64,000 nt of DNA, from assembly GCA_029252405.1 (NCBI GenBank), contig JAQXBM010000052.1, positions 1,156-65,155 on the forward strand, given 5' to 3'. Position 1 is the first letter of the stretch. The number at the start of each line of letters is the position of its first letter. The notes beneath the pieces were generated by a model, which did not search any database, was not told the origin of the DNA, and saw only the letters and a program-made list of their open reading frames with translations. The stretch comes from Crocinitomicaceae bacterium. GTDB lineage: Bacteria > Bacteroidota > Bacteroidia > Flavobacteriales_D > Crocinitomicaceae. The position numbers were made by a program, and so were the translations under genes. This document shows positions 50,180 to 59,257 of the stretch, piece after piece.

Positions 50180-50293
50180 CCTTTAGTTTCTTTCCCATGA
50201 TTTCTCTTTTAGGATTTGATTCATTCTTTGACCATTACTTGGTCTAATTTTATCCAAGTCGGGGAAAGACGCTTGGTCACTTCCCGTTCCCTC

Positions 50294-50316
50294 TTCTTGA
50301 TGCTTTGCATCGGCTT
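50294..50316 (-). promoter_or_regulatory. conserved 5-prime-leader hairpin motif (copy 4, duplicated rtcB leader)
   Basis: Minus strand reads AAGCCGATGC-AAA-GCATCAAGAAGAGGGAACGGGAAGT. Confidence 0.4.
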
Positions 50317-50355
50317 CCTTTAATTTCTTTCCCATGATTTCTAATCTTTCATTTC

Positions 50356-50428
50356 GGGGTTCGGCTCCGCTCACCCCTCGGGTATTAGTTTCAACTATTT
50401 CGCTGAGGGGTGAGCGGAGCCGAACCCC
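50356..50428. repeat. palindromic repeat family 1, perfect inverted pair
   Basis: GGGGTTCGGCTCCGCTCACCCCTC (50356-50379) and its reverse complement (50405-50428). Confidence 0.9.
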
Positions 50429-50568
50429 GATTTAATTCTTTAATTGCGCTTCTTGCTGAAGCATTTTTATATCTTCCGAGATCTTGCACAGTTATGCAAT
50501 GGGTAAATCCGTTGGTTGTCGTTGGAGATGCCGTCACAGGTGTTATTCTGTGACGACAATCTCTTTAA

Positions 50569-50889
50569 CTATTCTCTTGCTCCTTTTAAATAAGCCTCAT
50601 CTCTTTTTTCAATTTCAGAGAATGGACTTCCAAGAACTGTAGAAATATTGCTAAAGCCATTTAACTCAGTAATCATTGATTCGGACTCAGCAACTGCTCC
50701 ACGGTATTTTTTACCATAATTCCCCGTTGTTTTCTTAGTCGCTGGATCCAAATCCCCCCAACTTGGAGGTCTACCTTTCTCAATCGGCTCAACATAATAA
50801 GTCTTCCCTGTTTTTAGTGATCTAACTATGAACCTTCCTGTTTCATCTCTATTCGTTAAAAAGTGTTTTACTCGTTTCATCACTATCAT
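50569..50889 (-). CDS. hypothetical 106-aa protein
   Basis: ATG ORF immediately downstream of the tRNA-Glu-like gene on the same strand. No recognisable motif. Confidence 0.4.
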   Translation of the reverse strand: MIVMKRVKHFLTNRDETGRFIVRSLKTGKTYYVEPIEKGRPPSWGDLDPATKKTTGNYGKKYRGAVAESESMITELNGFSNISTVLGSPFSEIEKRDEAYLKGARE

Positions 50890-50966
50890 TTTAAATTAAT
50901 ATGTTGGGTCAGCTTCTTAGTCTTCGCTGCGTTTATTGTGACCCATCAATTTTTGCAACTGTTTTA

Positions 50967-51038
50967 TACTCCGCAGGGGAACCGAACCCCTATTGCCTCA
51001 TAGAAAGTGAGGAGTACTAACCATTATACTAGCGGAGC
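50967..51038 (-). tRNA. tRNA-Glu(UUC)-like with U37 and G58
   Basis: GCTCCGC-TA-GTAT AATGGTTA GTAC-T-CCTCA CTTTCTA TGAGG-CAAT-AGGGG TTCGGTT CCCCT-GCGGAGT-A. 72 nt, G1-U72. Confidence 0.6.
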
Positions 51039-51077
51039 ATTTTAAGCTTATTCAGTGTCAAGCACTCAACTTTGACG

Positions 51078-51110
51078 CATAAAAAAAGCATCTCGTTTTG
51101 GGAGATGCTC
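51078..51110 (-). terminator. rho-independent terminator of small-ORF cassette B
   Basis: Minus strand reads GCATCTC-CCAAAAC-GAGATGC-TTTTTTT. Confidence 0.7.
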
Positions 51111-51135
51111 GTTATGAATGGGTGTGTATACTACA

Positions 51136-51255
51136 TCACTCAATATGGATCTCCCATGTCTCTTCATCGAGGTTTACCCCCTCTGATGAGAAACTTTCTT
51201 TTTGCGTTAAAGCAAAAAAGAACTGTTCGTTTATGTGGATTAATTCTGTACTCAT
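51136..51255 (-). CDS. small ORF (39 aa) of cassette B, hypothetical
   Basis: MSTELIHINEQFFFALTQKESFSSEGVNLDEETWEIHIE. It is unrelated in sequence to the cassette A ORF although the flanks are conserved. Confidence 0.3.
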   Translation of the reverse strand: MSTELIHINEQFFFALTQKESFSSEGVNLDEETWEIHIE

Positions 51256-51276
51256 GTGTTTGTTCTTTCGACGGTG

Positions 51277-51308
51277 CAAATATGAAGGGCATTTTTGATA
51301 AATCCAAA
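51277..51308 (-). promoter_or_regulatory. Bacteroidota-type promoter (TTTG-N21-ATATTTG), cassette B
   Basis: Minus strand reads caTTTGgatttatcaaaaatgcccttcATATTTGcaccgtc. Confidence 0.5.
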
Positions 51309-51491
51309 TGGTTTGTGAATTTATTTGATTGATTGTCAGTGTGTTATGTTGGTTTTTAGGATGTGGGAAGTCACCGCGCTAAATGCACGTTTTTGTTCAA
51401 TTTGTCAACTGGCTGTCTCTCAATTGATTTCTTCTTTTCAACAACTTTCCTTTATGTTGGTTTACTCATTCATGATTTCTCAAAAAAAGTC

Positions 51492-51521
51492 AAAAAAAAA
51501 CGCCCAAATGATTTTGGACGT
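51492..51521 (-). terminator. rho-independent terminator (conserved copy B)
   Basis: Minus strand reads CGTCCAAA-ATCA-TTTGGGCG-TTTTTTTTT. Confidence 0.6.
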
Positions 51522-51663
51522 CGTGATTTAAGTTCGATTATGGTATAAAAACGCTATTCCATTAGCGTATTTTTTGTCACACGACGTCTGTTATTTTGGT
51601 TTGTTTCTTCCATCTGAATACAAATATGGGATGATTTTGGGAGAAATCAAACTTTTTTAGTTT

Positions 51664-51759
51664 GGGGATTCGGCACTTCGACTCCGCTCTGTGACCTCCG
51701 TTAACCCATCGCGATTATTCTTCGATGTTTTCACCGAGGGGTGAGCGGAGCCGAACTCC
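51664..51759. repeat. palindromic repeat family 1, degenerate left arm plus intact right arm
   Basis: The right arm GAGGGGTGAGCGGAGCCGAACTCC (51736-51759) forms the last codons of ORF 51715..52374 (..HGVRLRSPLGENIEE). Confidence 0.7.
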
Positions 51760-52374
51760 GTGTTTCAATTTGGCCCTGAACCAAAGTGATTTCCAGAATT
51801 GATACCATCGTTTTTGAGGAACTGATTCTTCTACTCCAACTTGAATACTAGTGACCGTGTGCAAGATTAAATTGTTACGATCAAAGCCGTCAAATACCCA
51901 GTTCTTCTTTTCTTGAGGCGTTGATTTTTCAAACTTCTCCACGATTATTTCAGCGTGCAATTTCATTTCATTCACGATCTGCCCGCGAGTTGCATAACCA
52001 GAATATTGAAAATCATTGTATTGATCCTCTAAAAAATAGAGTGCATAGAAAAGATGTTTTGAATCCTCCCATCCCGAATAGGTACAGATGTTTCTAACAT
52101 GATTTATGATTTCATCTCTATTATCAGTCTCAATAATCATCCCTGCATTTTTTTCGATGACATAAACGTAAAACTCCTCTCTATCGAAAGTATCAAAACA
52201 AAATTTATTCATCTCGTATTGTGCATCTCTCTTGGTAAGATCAATTGAACACAAGCGAAGTACATTGTCATCTTCAAGGATAGAACACTGTATTTCTGCA
52301 TCATTATAAAACCATTCCTCAAATTCAGAAATGGCCATAAGTCCGGCGCATACATCAAAAACTTCCTTTTTCAT
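51715..52374 (-). CDS. hypothetical 219-aa protein downstream of rtcB
   Basis: ATG ORF 47 nt after the rtcB stop, acidic and cytoplasmic. The C-terminal 15 aa are encoded by the repeat element, so the native end is uncertain. Confidence 0.5.
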   Translation of the reverse strand: MKKEVFDVCAGLMAISEFEEWFYNDAEIQCSILEDDNVLRLCSIDLTKRDAQYEMNKFCFDTFDREEFYVYVIEKNAGMIIETDNRDEIINHVRNICTYSGWEDSKHLFYALYFLEDQYNDFQYSGYATRGQIVNEMKLHAEIIVEKFEKSTPQEKKNWVFDGFDRNNLILHTVTSIQVGVEESVPQKRWYQFWKSLWFRAKLKHGVRLRSPLGENIEE

Positions 52375-52421
52375 TTTACATTATTTAAGGGGCGCGAACC
52401 CATTTTCGCACCCCTGATTCA

Positions 52422-53822
<1,401 letters not shown>

Positions 53823-53964
53823 TTACTCCGCCAACCGGATTGTCGGCGGAGTTGACTGCTACTAAATATTCAATAGGAATAATTGAACAAAACAAAGGTT
53901 TCAATCAAGTGCGCAATTATTTTGCGTAGTTGAAAATCAAAGTGTATTTTTTCAGAAAAAAATC

Positions 53965-55701
53965 ATGGCGCAGAACAAAAATGCCCTCATTCGCTACCGC
54001 ACAATCGATAAGTGTTTACAAAACTCATATCGAACTTGGACGCTCAATGACTTGATTGAGGCCTGTTCTGATGCACTTTACGAGTATGAGGGGCGTGATG
54101 TGAACGTCAGCAAACGAACCATACAACTAGACATTCAACTGATGCGGAGTGACAAGCTGGGATACAATGCTCCTATTGAAGTTTACGATAAAAAGTTCTA
54201 TCGCTACGCAGATGAAGATTACTCCATCACGGAGATTCCTCTGAATGAAACCGACATGAACGTGCTCTCTGAAACCGTCGAGATGTTGAAGCAATTCAAG
54301 GATTTCTCGCTTTTTTCAGAATTGGGAGGCATCATCCAGCGCTTGGAAGACAAAATCTACACGGAAAAAACAGATCAGCCTTCCATCATTCATTTGGACA
54401 AAAATGAACACTTGCGCGGGCTGGAACATTTGGATATTCTCTATCAGGCGATTCTAAAAAAAATGGTGCTGAAACTCGGGTATCGGTCTTTCAAGGCGAG
54501 GTCGGCACAAGAATTCGATTTTCACCCTTTCATCTTAAAAGAATTCAACAACCGATGGTTTTTAGTTGGTAAGAAGAAAGCGTCAAGTAGTGTGATGACA
54601 TTGGCGCTGGATCGAATTCTCTCCATCGATTTCAACACCAAAATAGATTACATCGACGAAGAATTTGACGGTGATTCATTCTATGAAAACACAATCGGTG
54701 TTACGGTTATGGGAGAACAGCACATTCAGAAAGTTGTGCTGAAGGTTAAACGCCCTCACTCTCCGTATGTTTTAACGAAGCCCCTTCACCATTCTCAGCT
54801 CTTGATAAAGGAATTGGGAAATGGCGCCATCATGATTGAATTAAACGTTCACCACAATTTCGAGCTAGAGCGAATTATACTTGGATTTGGCGATGGTATC
54901 CAAGTTGTTGAGCCCGCTACTCTGCGACACAGTGTGCTCGCACGTTTGCAAAACGGGGCTGACTTATACCGAACGGAAATGAGTGAGGCTGGATTGAAAA
55001 AAGCCAAACGAAACTTACGTCAGCGTGGGCACAGCATCTTGAATGACATCTACACGCAGCGTGAAGTCAAGAAAATGCTCAATATTCTCAAGAAGTACTT
55101 TGACGGTTCTGATGAGCCCACTTATGGAAAACGGCGTCTTTTAAAGGATATTCCGTCCTTGGAACCGCTTTTATTGAATGAAAACCTGCTGGGAATTGTT
55201 CGATTCATAGATCCCGAAGCATTTTTGACTAAGGCTATCTATTTTGATAAACCCCAAACTCAGAATTGGGCTGTTGCTTGGCACCAAGACGTTCCCATCA
55301 ATGTTGAAGAAAAAATTCCAACGGAGGGATACACTTCTTGGACTTTGAAGAAAGGAATAAATAGTGTCTGCCCTCCTGAAGATGTGCTTCACAACGTTTT
55401 TACCTTGCGCATCCACCTTGATGATACGAACACGCTGAATGGAGCCTTAAAGGTTATTCCTGGATCACACAAACAGCGTTTCTCGGATAAAGAAATGAAC
55501 ACAATTACGAGCAATTCGAATCCGAGAATATGTGCAATTGAGTCGGGAGGTGTACACTTAATGAAACCTTTGATTTTACACTCTTCCCCGAGATCAACAA
55601 CCCAGAAAAAACGACGTGTAATTCATTTGGAATTTAGTTCGATGGAGTTAGCAGGCGAGTTAGACTGGTTAGAGCGAATGCAACTACCAACATCTACTTG
55701 A
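53965..55701 (+). CDS. HTH-WYL-WCX transcriptional regulator fused to a PhyH-type Fe(II)/2-oxoglutarate dioxygenase domain
   Basis: N-terminus: ..SKRTIQLDIQLMR.. (HTH), FHPFILKEFNNRWFLVG (WYL), FGDGIQVVEPATLR (WCX). C-terminal about 220 aa: WHQDVP (HxD), GALKVIPGSH, LILHSSPRS, RRVIHLEF. Divergent from rtcB. Confidence 0.75.
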   Translation: MAQNKNALIRYRTIDKCLQNSYRTWTLNDLIEACSDALYEYEGRDVNVSKRTIQLDIQLMRSDKLGYNAPIEVYDKKFYRYADEDYSITEIPLNETDMNVLSETVEMLKQFKDFSLFSELGGIIQRLEDKIYTEKTDQPSIIHLDKNEHLRGLEHLDILYQAILKKMVLKLGYRSFKARSAQEFDFHPFILKEFNNRWFLVGKKKASSSVMTLALDRILSIDFNTKIDYIDEEFDGDSFYENTIGVTVMGEQHIQKVVLKVKRPHSPYVLTKPLHHSQLLIKELGNGAIMIELNVHHNFELERIILGFGDGIQVVEPATLRHSVLARLQNGADLYRTEMSEAGLKKAKRNLRQRGHSILNDIYTQREVKKMLNILKKYFDGSDEPTYGKRRLLKDIPSLEPLLLNENLLGIVRFIDPEAFLTKAIYFDKPQTQNWAVAWHQDVPINVEEKIPTEGYTSWTLKKGINSVCPPEDVLHNVFTLRIHLDDTNTLNGALKVIPGSHKQRFSDKEMNTITSNSNPRICAIESGGVHLMKPLILHSSPRSTTQKKRRVIHLEFSSMELAGELDWLERMQLPTST

Positions 55702-56635
55702 GCAGGGTAGTACGTACTTTTTCATTTGAAAACAACATCTCAACAATGTACGTTCCACTAGGTAGAGTTGAAATATCGAACCCCTTTTCCGTGGCCTGCA
55801 CATCAAATTGCGCGATCCGCCTTCCCCAAAGATCCAACAAGTTGATTTCGTTTAATTCCGACGGATGGTCATACTCGATGAAGAAAAGTCCAAGTGTAGG
55901 ATTAGGGTAGACAGCAATACTCTGTTTGGGTAGTTCCTCGATTGATGTTGTGCAGTATGGGTTAAATTCAGAACCCAACAAAAGGGCACCTTCAATATAA
56001 AAGCAATCGAGTGTGAATCCAGCCTCAAATGTCACGTACCCTGCACATCCAACGCCACAGATGTAGCTAATATCGTATAAGTACTGGTTGTCAAACGGAA
56101 CTCCATCAAGCGAAAATCGCTTACGATACGAGGGCCCGACCAAAATAGAATCCACGGCCAGCACAACTACTGTGTCTATTCCAGGCCAAGAAGCTCCCAC
56201 GACTCCTGCTGGACTCATGTTTAGTGCTCGGAATGCTTCGGTCAGAAGAACCGTGTCTCCTAGCACAACGCTTTGATCAAAAGAAGCATCATGTTCTACT
56301 CCTTGGTTGTCAATATAGAATATCTTTTCATTCGGAATATCCTGCCGAACGCCCTGTATGTTAGCGTCTCCAATCACCTCAGTATAGGTTTGCCCATTTA
56401 TCAGAATATCTTCACCCCAATCTTCTGTGACCCAATCCTGCACCAGACCAGATCCATCGAAGTATTGGGTGTGAATGGTCCATGTCGCATTCTGTAGCGG
56501 GTAGGGCTGATAGATCGTTGTTTGTGCTTGAATTGAATAGTTTGATGCGATTAAGCATAACGTGAATAGCATTGTTTTCATCGGAAAGTATTGTGTTGAA
56601 GTAACGTTATAAATCTTAAAGAGGTTGGGGTTCAA
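55694..56635 (-). CDS. T9SS type A sorting-domain secreted protein
   Basis: Signal peptide. C-terminal IAVYPNPTLGLFFIEY...SGTYIVEMLF...TLLK. Confidence 0.75.
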   Translation of the reverse strand: MNPNLFKIYNVTSTQYFPMKTMLFTLCLIASNYSIQAQTTIYQPYPLQNATWTIHTQYFDGSGLVQDWVTEDWGEDILINGQTYTEVIGDANIQGVRQDIPNEKIFYIDNQGVEHDASFDQSVVLGDTVLLTEAFRALNMSPAGVVGASWPGIDTVVVLAVDSILVGPSYRKRFSLDGVPFDNQYLYDISYICGVGCAGYVTFEAGFTLDCFYIEGALLLGSEFNPYCTTSIEELPKQSIAVYPNPTLGLFFIEYDHPSELNEINLLDLWGRRIAQFDVQATEKGFDISTLPSGTYIVEMLFSNEKVRTTLLK

Positions 56636-56700
56636 CCACTCTCAGCCCTCGGGTAATCTCGTTGAAAAATAATTGAGCAAGGTGAGAGGAGTCGAATTCT
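56627..56700. repeat. degenerate palindromic repeat (variant GGGGTTCAACCACTCTCAGCCCTCGG / ..GGTGAGAGGAGTCGAATTCT)
   Basis: Same architecture as families 1 and 2 but a different core sequence. Confidence 0.4.
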
Positions 56701-56703
56701 CAT

Positions 56704-58017
56704 TCACGACCCACCTCGACCATTCCGCTTCTTTTCCTCAATCCAAATGGACATATATCGAGATGCTTGATGCGATTGATTTTGAAGTATTAAACTTACA
56801 ATGGACTGATTTCTGTGCGTGGCAAGATCCGTTAACTTCTCCAAGCTTTGATTCAAGGTATTCTCAAACTGAACCTTTGTAAATCGCTGCTGAATTAACC
56901 CAAATCCACGTTTTTGAGCCTTTTCCCATTCCTGCTGATCCAAGTAGAGTTGTGCTGCGCGATCGGCAAACAATTGCGGGTCGTCTTCAATAAATCCACC
57001 CCAGTTTCCGTCGGTCATTCCTTCTGCTCCGACGTTGGAAGTTATGCTTGGTGTTCCGCACATCATCGACTCCAACAACTTTCCTTTAATGCCAGCTCCA
57101 AATCGAAGCGGCGCTATGCTTACGCGCGATTTTTCCACCACTTCAAGCGCGTCATCCGCTCGACCTTTGACCAAAAACCCTTCCTTTTCATTCGCTAGCT
57201 GATAGACTTTCTCACTACAGTACGCTCCATAAATCGTAAGCTTTGCCCTTGGGACTTTCTTTCGAATTAGCGGCCAAATCGTGGATTTCAAATAGCGGAC
57301 GGCATCCCAATTTGGTTCGTGCCAGAAGTTGCCGATAAACACGAAGTTTTCGCGCACTGCGTAGGGCAAAAGTTCTTGATCCTTCACCTCAACGTAAAGT
57401 GGCAAATGAACCAACTTCTCACTTGGGATTTGGTATGTTTCGCTGAGTAGTTTTACTTCAAAGTCCGAGACCATTAATGAAATGTCGCTTCGGTAAATGG
57501 AAGCTAGTTCACGTAATTGTACACCGGAACGGAAGGATCTTAAGTCGAGACTTCGAGGTTCAACTTCCATCTCTGCTCCGCTCGATGCCCGACTCAGTTC
57601 TCGAGTAGCGACTTTTTTCACCTCTACATGTCTTGCTTCTCGCAAAAAGTGGAGGTCTTCAGTGTTCAAGATTCGAATCGCGTTTGGACATGAATCCATT
57701 ACTCGCCACGAGAACTGTTCCTCGGTCATGAAACGGTCGAAAATGACAATGTGTGGATTTAAATCTTCTATGAATTTATTGAACGAACTGTCGTTTAGCT
57801 GAACAAATGAGCAGGACAGTTCAAGTTTTAAGAGGTCTTCTTGGTAATACGAATCCTTGGCGGAAGACACAAAAGTTACCTCATCTCCTCGATCTATAAA
57901 ATGATGAATGAGCTGCATCATTCGCGTTCCGGCGGCTGAGGACTTGGGTTCTGGCCAAACCTTTCCTATGATGAGGATTCTTTTCAATTCGCTCTGTAAA
58001 CTAATCACATTATTCAA
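56704..58017 (-). CDS. glycosyltransferase (GT-B fold, GT4-like)
   Basis: C-terminal GT1/GT4 region: ..ALEVVEKSRVSIAPLRFGAGIKGKLLESMMCGTPSITSNVGAEG.. Confidence 0.75.
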   Translation of the reverse strand: MNNVISLQSELKRILIIGKVWPEPKSSAAGTRMMQLIHHFIDRGDEVTFVSSAKDSYYQEDLLKLELSCSFVQLNDSSFNKFIEDLNPHIVIFDRFMTEEQFSWRVMDSCPNAIRILNTEDLHFLREARHVEVKKVATRELSRASSGAEMEVEPRSLDLRSFRSGVQLRELASIYRSDISLMVSDFEVKLLSETYQIPSEKLVHLPLYVEVKDQELLPYAVRENFVFIGNFWHEPNWDAVRYLKSTIWPLIRKKVPRAKLTIYGAYCSEKVYQLANEKEGFLVKGRADDALEVVEKSRVSIAPLRFGAGIKGKLLESMMCGTPSITSNVGAEGMTDGNWGGFIEDDPQLFADRAAQLYLDQQEWEKAQKRGFGLIQQRFTKVQFENTLNQSLEKLTDLATHRNQSIVSLILQNQSHQASRYMSIWIEEKKRNGRGGS

Positions 58018-59248
58018 CCATCAACCTAAGGACTTTCCCTTTGTTCTGCGCTTCTACGATTAACAGATACACCCCTGGAGATTCATTGATTTCCACCGTC
58101 GTGACATTTCCATTTGTGTTCTCTTCAAACTTTACAGTTCTTCCTTTTAAATCTACAATAGACAGCTTTATTCCTGAATAGTGTTTATCAAGCTCTAGCA
58201 CGAACTTTCCATTAGACGGATTTGGCGAAATTTTAATTCCATTTCCAAATGCATTTTCATCGGCGCCTACGTGATCCATAGCAAAACATGCAGTAGTATC
58301 TGCACGCGCGCCAGGGTTTAGAATTACCGCATATGATCCATTTGAAGTAACCGTCAGTGACTGGTTTGTTGCCCCTGGGATACTTGCGTTCGTTTCACAA
58401 TCAATCCATTGATAAGCGCTATTGTTTTGATTTGAAGTTAATGTGTTACCTGACTGCGAAATAGTTAAATCAAGTCCGCCAGTGGTTCCTTCAGTGCACA
58501 AAGCCCATACTTCGCATGGGGTTAAAGCATCGCTATCAAGTCGAATGTCATCCAGAGATCCAGAGAAAAACTCTGCAGTGGTATTATCTGCATAACGTCC
58601 AAACATCATAAATTGACCTGTTGTTTCCCATGTTCCGAAAGATTGGTCTTCCTCCGAAAGCACCTTTTGACCGTTTAAATAGATAAACACGCTGTCATTC
58701 ACTTGGTCTTTGATAGCCACTAAATGATGCCATTCATTGATACTGTAGTCATCACTATTGTGAATTGCTACATGTCTTTGATCATTTCCTGACACGTAAT
58801 TTCCAAAAGAATACTCAAAATCCAAATCCATGTCTCCATCAGCATTCCTAGTTCTCAACACCAACAAACTTCTTGGTATTCCCGGAGAAAGCGTCGTTCC
58901 GTCCGCATTGTCCTTTTCATCGTAACGAATTAAGTTTTGATACGCGGCAGTCGAATTACATTTAAACCGAACACTGATTGAATTGCTGCTCGTATTCGAA
59001 TAATGCAATGTCGGGTTATCGCCTATATTTATCCAATCGTTTTGACCATCAAATTCATAAGCACTACTTAAGTTTCCAAATCGATCCTCCCCAAGAGTCG
59101 CTCCATTAACTATCCCGTCGTTCACATTTGTAGATTCGTCGTTGGGAATTCCGTTGAATGGATAATATGCTTCTAGGTTCCCTGTGGGAATTTGCGCAAA
59201 AACTAAATTCGAGCCTGCTAGGCACGCGATTAAAAATAGTGTTCTCAT
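58010..59248 (-). CDS. LamG/concanavalin-like lectin domain protein with T9SS sorting domain
   Basis: LamG pattern (..WHHLVAIKD..VFIYLNGQ..GSLDDIRL..). C-terminal ISPNPSNGKFVLE...PGVYLLIVEA..RLMVE. Confidence 0.7.
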   Translation of the reverse strand: MRTLFLIACLAGSNLVFAQIPTGNLEAYYPFNGIPNDESTNVNDGIVNGATLGEDRFGNLSSAYEFDGQNDWINIGDNPTLHYSNTSSNSISVRFKCNSTAAYQNLIRYDEKDNADGTTLSPGIPRSLLVLRTRNADGDMDLDFEYSFGNYVSGNDQRHVAIHNSDDYSINEWHHLVAIKDQVNDSVFIYLNGQKVLSEEDQSFGTWETTGQFMMFGRYADNTTAEFFSGSLDDIRLDSDALTPCEVWALCTEGTTGGLDLTISQSGNTLTSNQNNSAYQWIDCETNASIPGATNQSLTVTSNGSYAVILNPGARADTTACFAMDHVGADENAFGNGIKISPNPSNGKFVLELDKHYSGIKLSIVDLKGRTVKFEENTNGNVTTVEINESPGVYLLIVEAQNKGKVLRLMVE

Positions 59249-59257
59249 AATATTAGG

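Larger units (their letters stand above)
50047..50345. repeat. tandem direct repeat, 136-137 bp x about 2.2, duplicating the rtcB leader and its first six codons
   Basis: tttcccatgatttct recurs with cat at 50060, 50196 and 50333. Each full unit carries the ttcttgatgc..gcatcggctt hairpin motif. Confidence 0.9.

Noticed and set aside
50047-50345. The tandem repeat as a CRISPR array or minisatellite.
   Set aside because: The units are 136-137 bp and directly abut without spacers. They are copies of the rtcB leader and start codon. There is no CRISPR repeat-spacer architecture and there are no cas genes.
51039-51077. A sigma-70-like TTGACA / TAAAAT pair upstream of the tRNA-Glu-like gene.
   Set aside because: The spacer is only 11 nt where 17 nt are required, and Bacteroidota use TTTG / TAnnTTTG promoters. 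This is probably coincidence.
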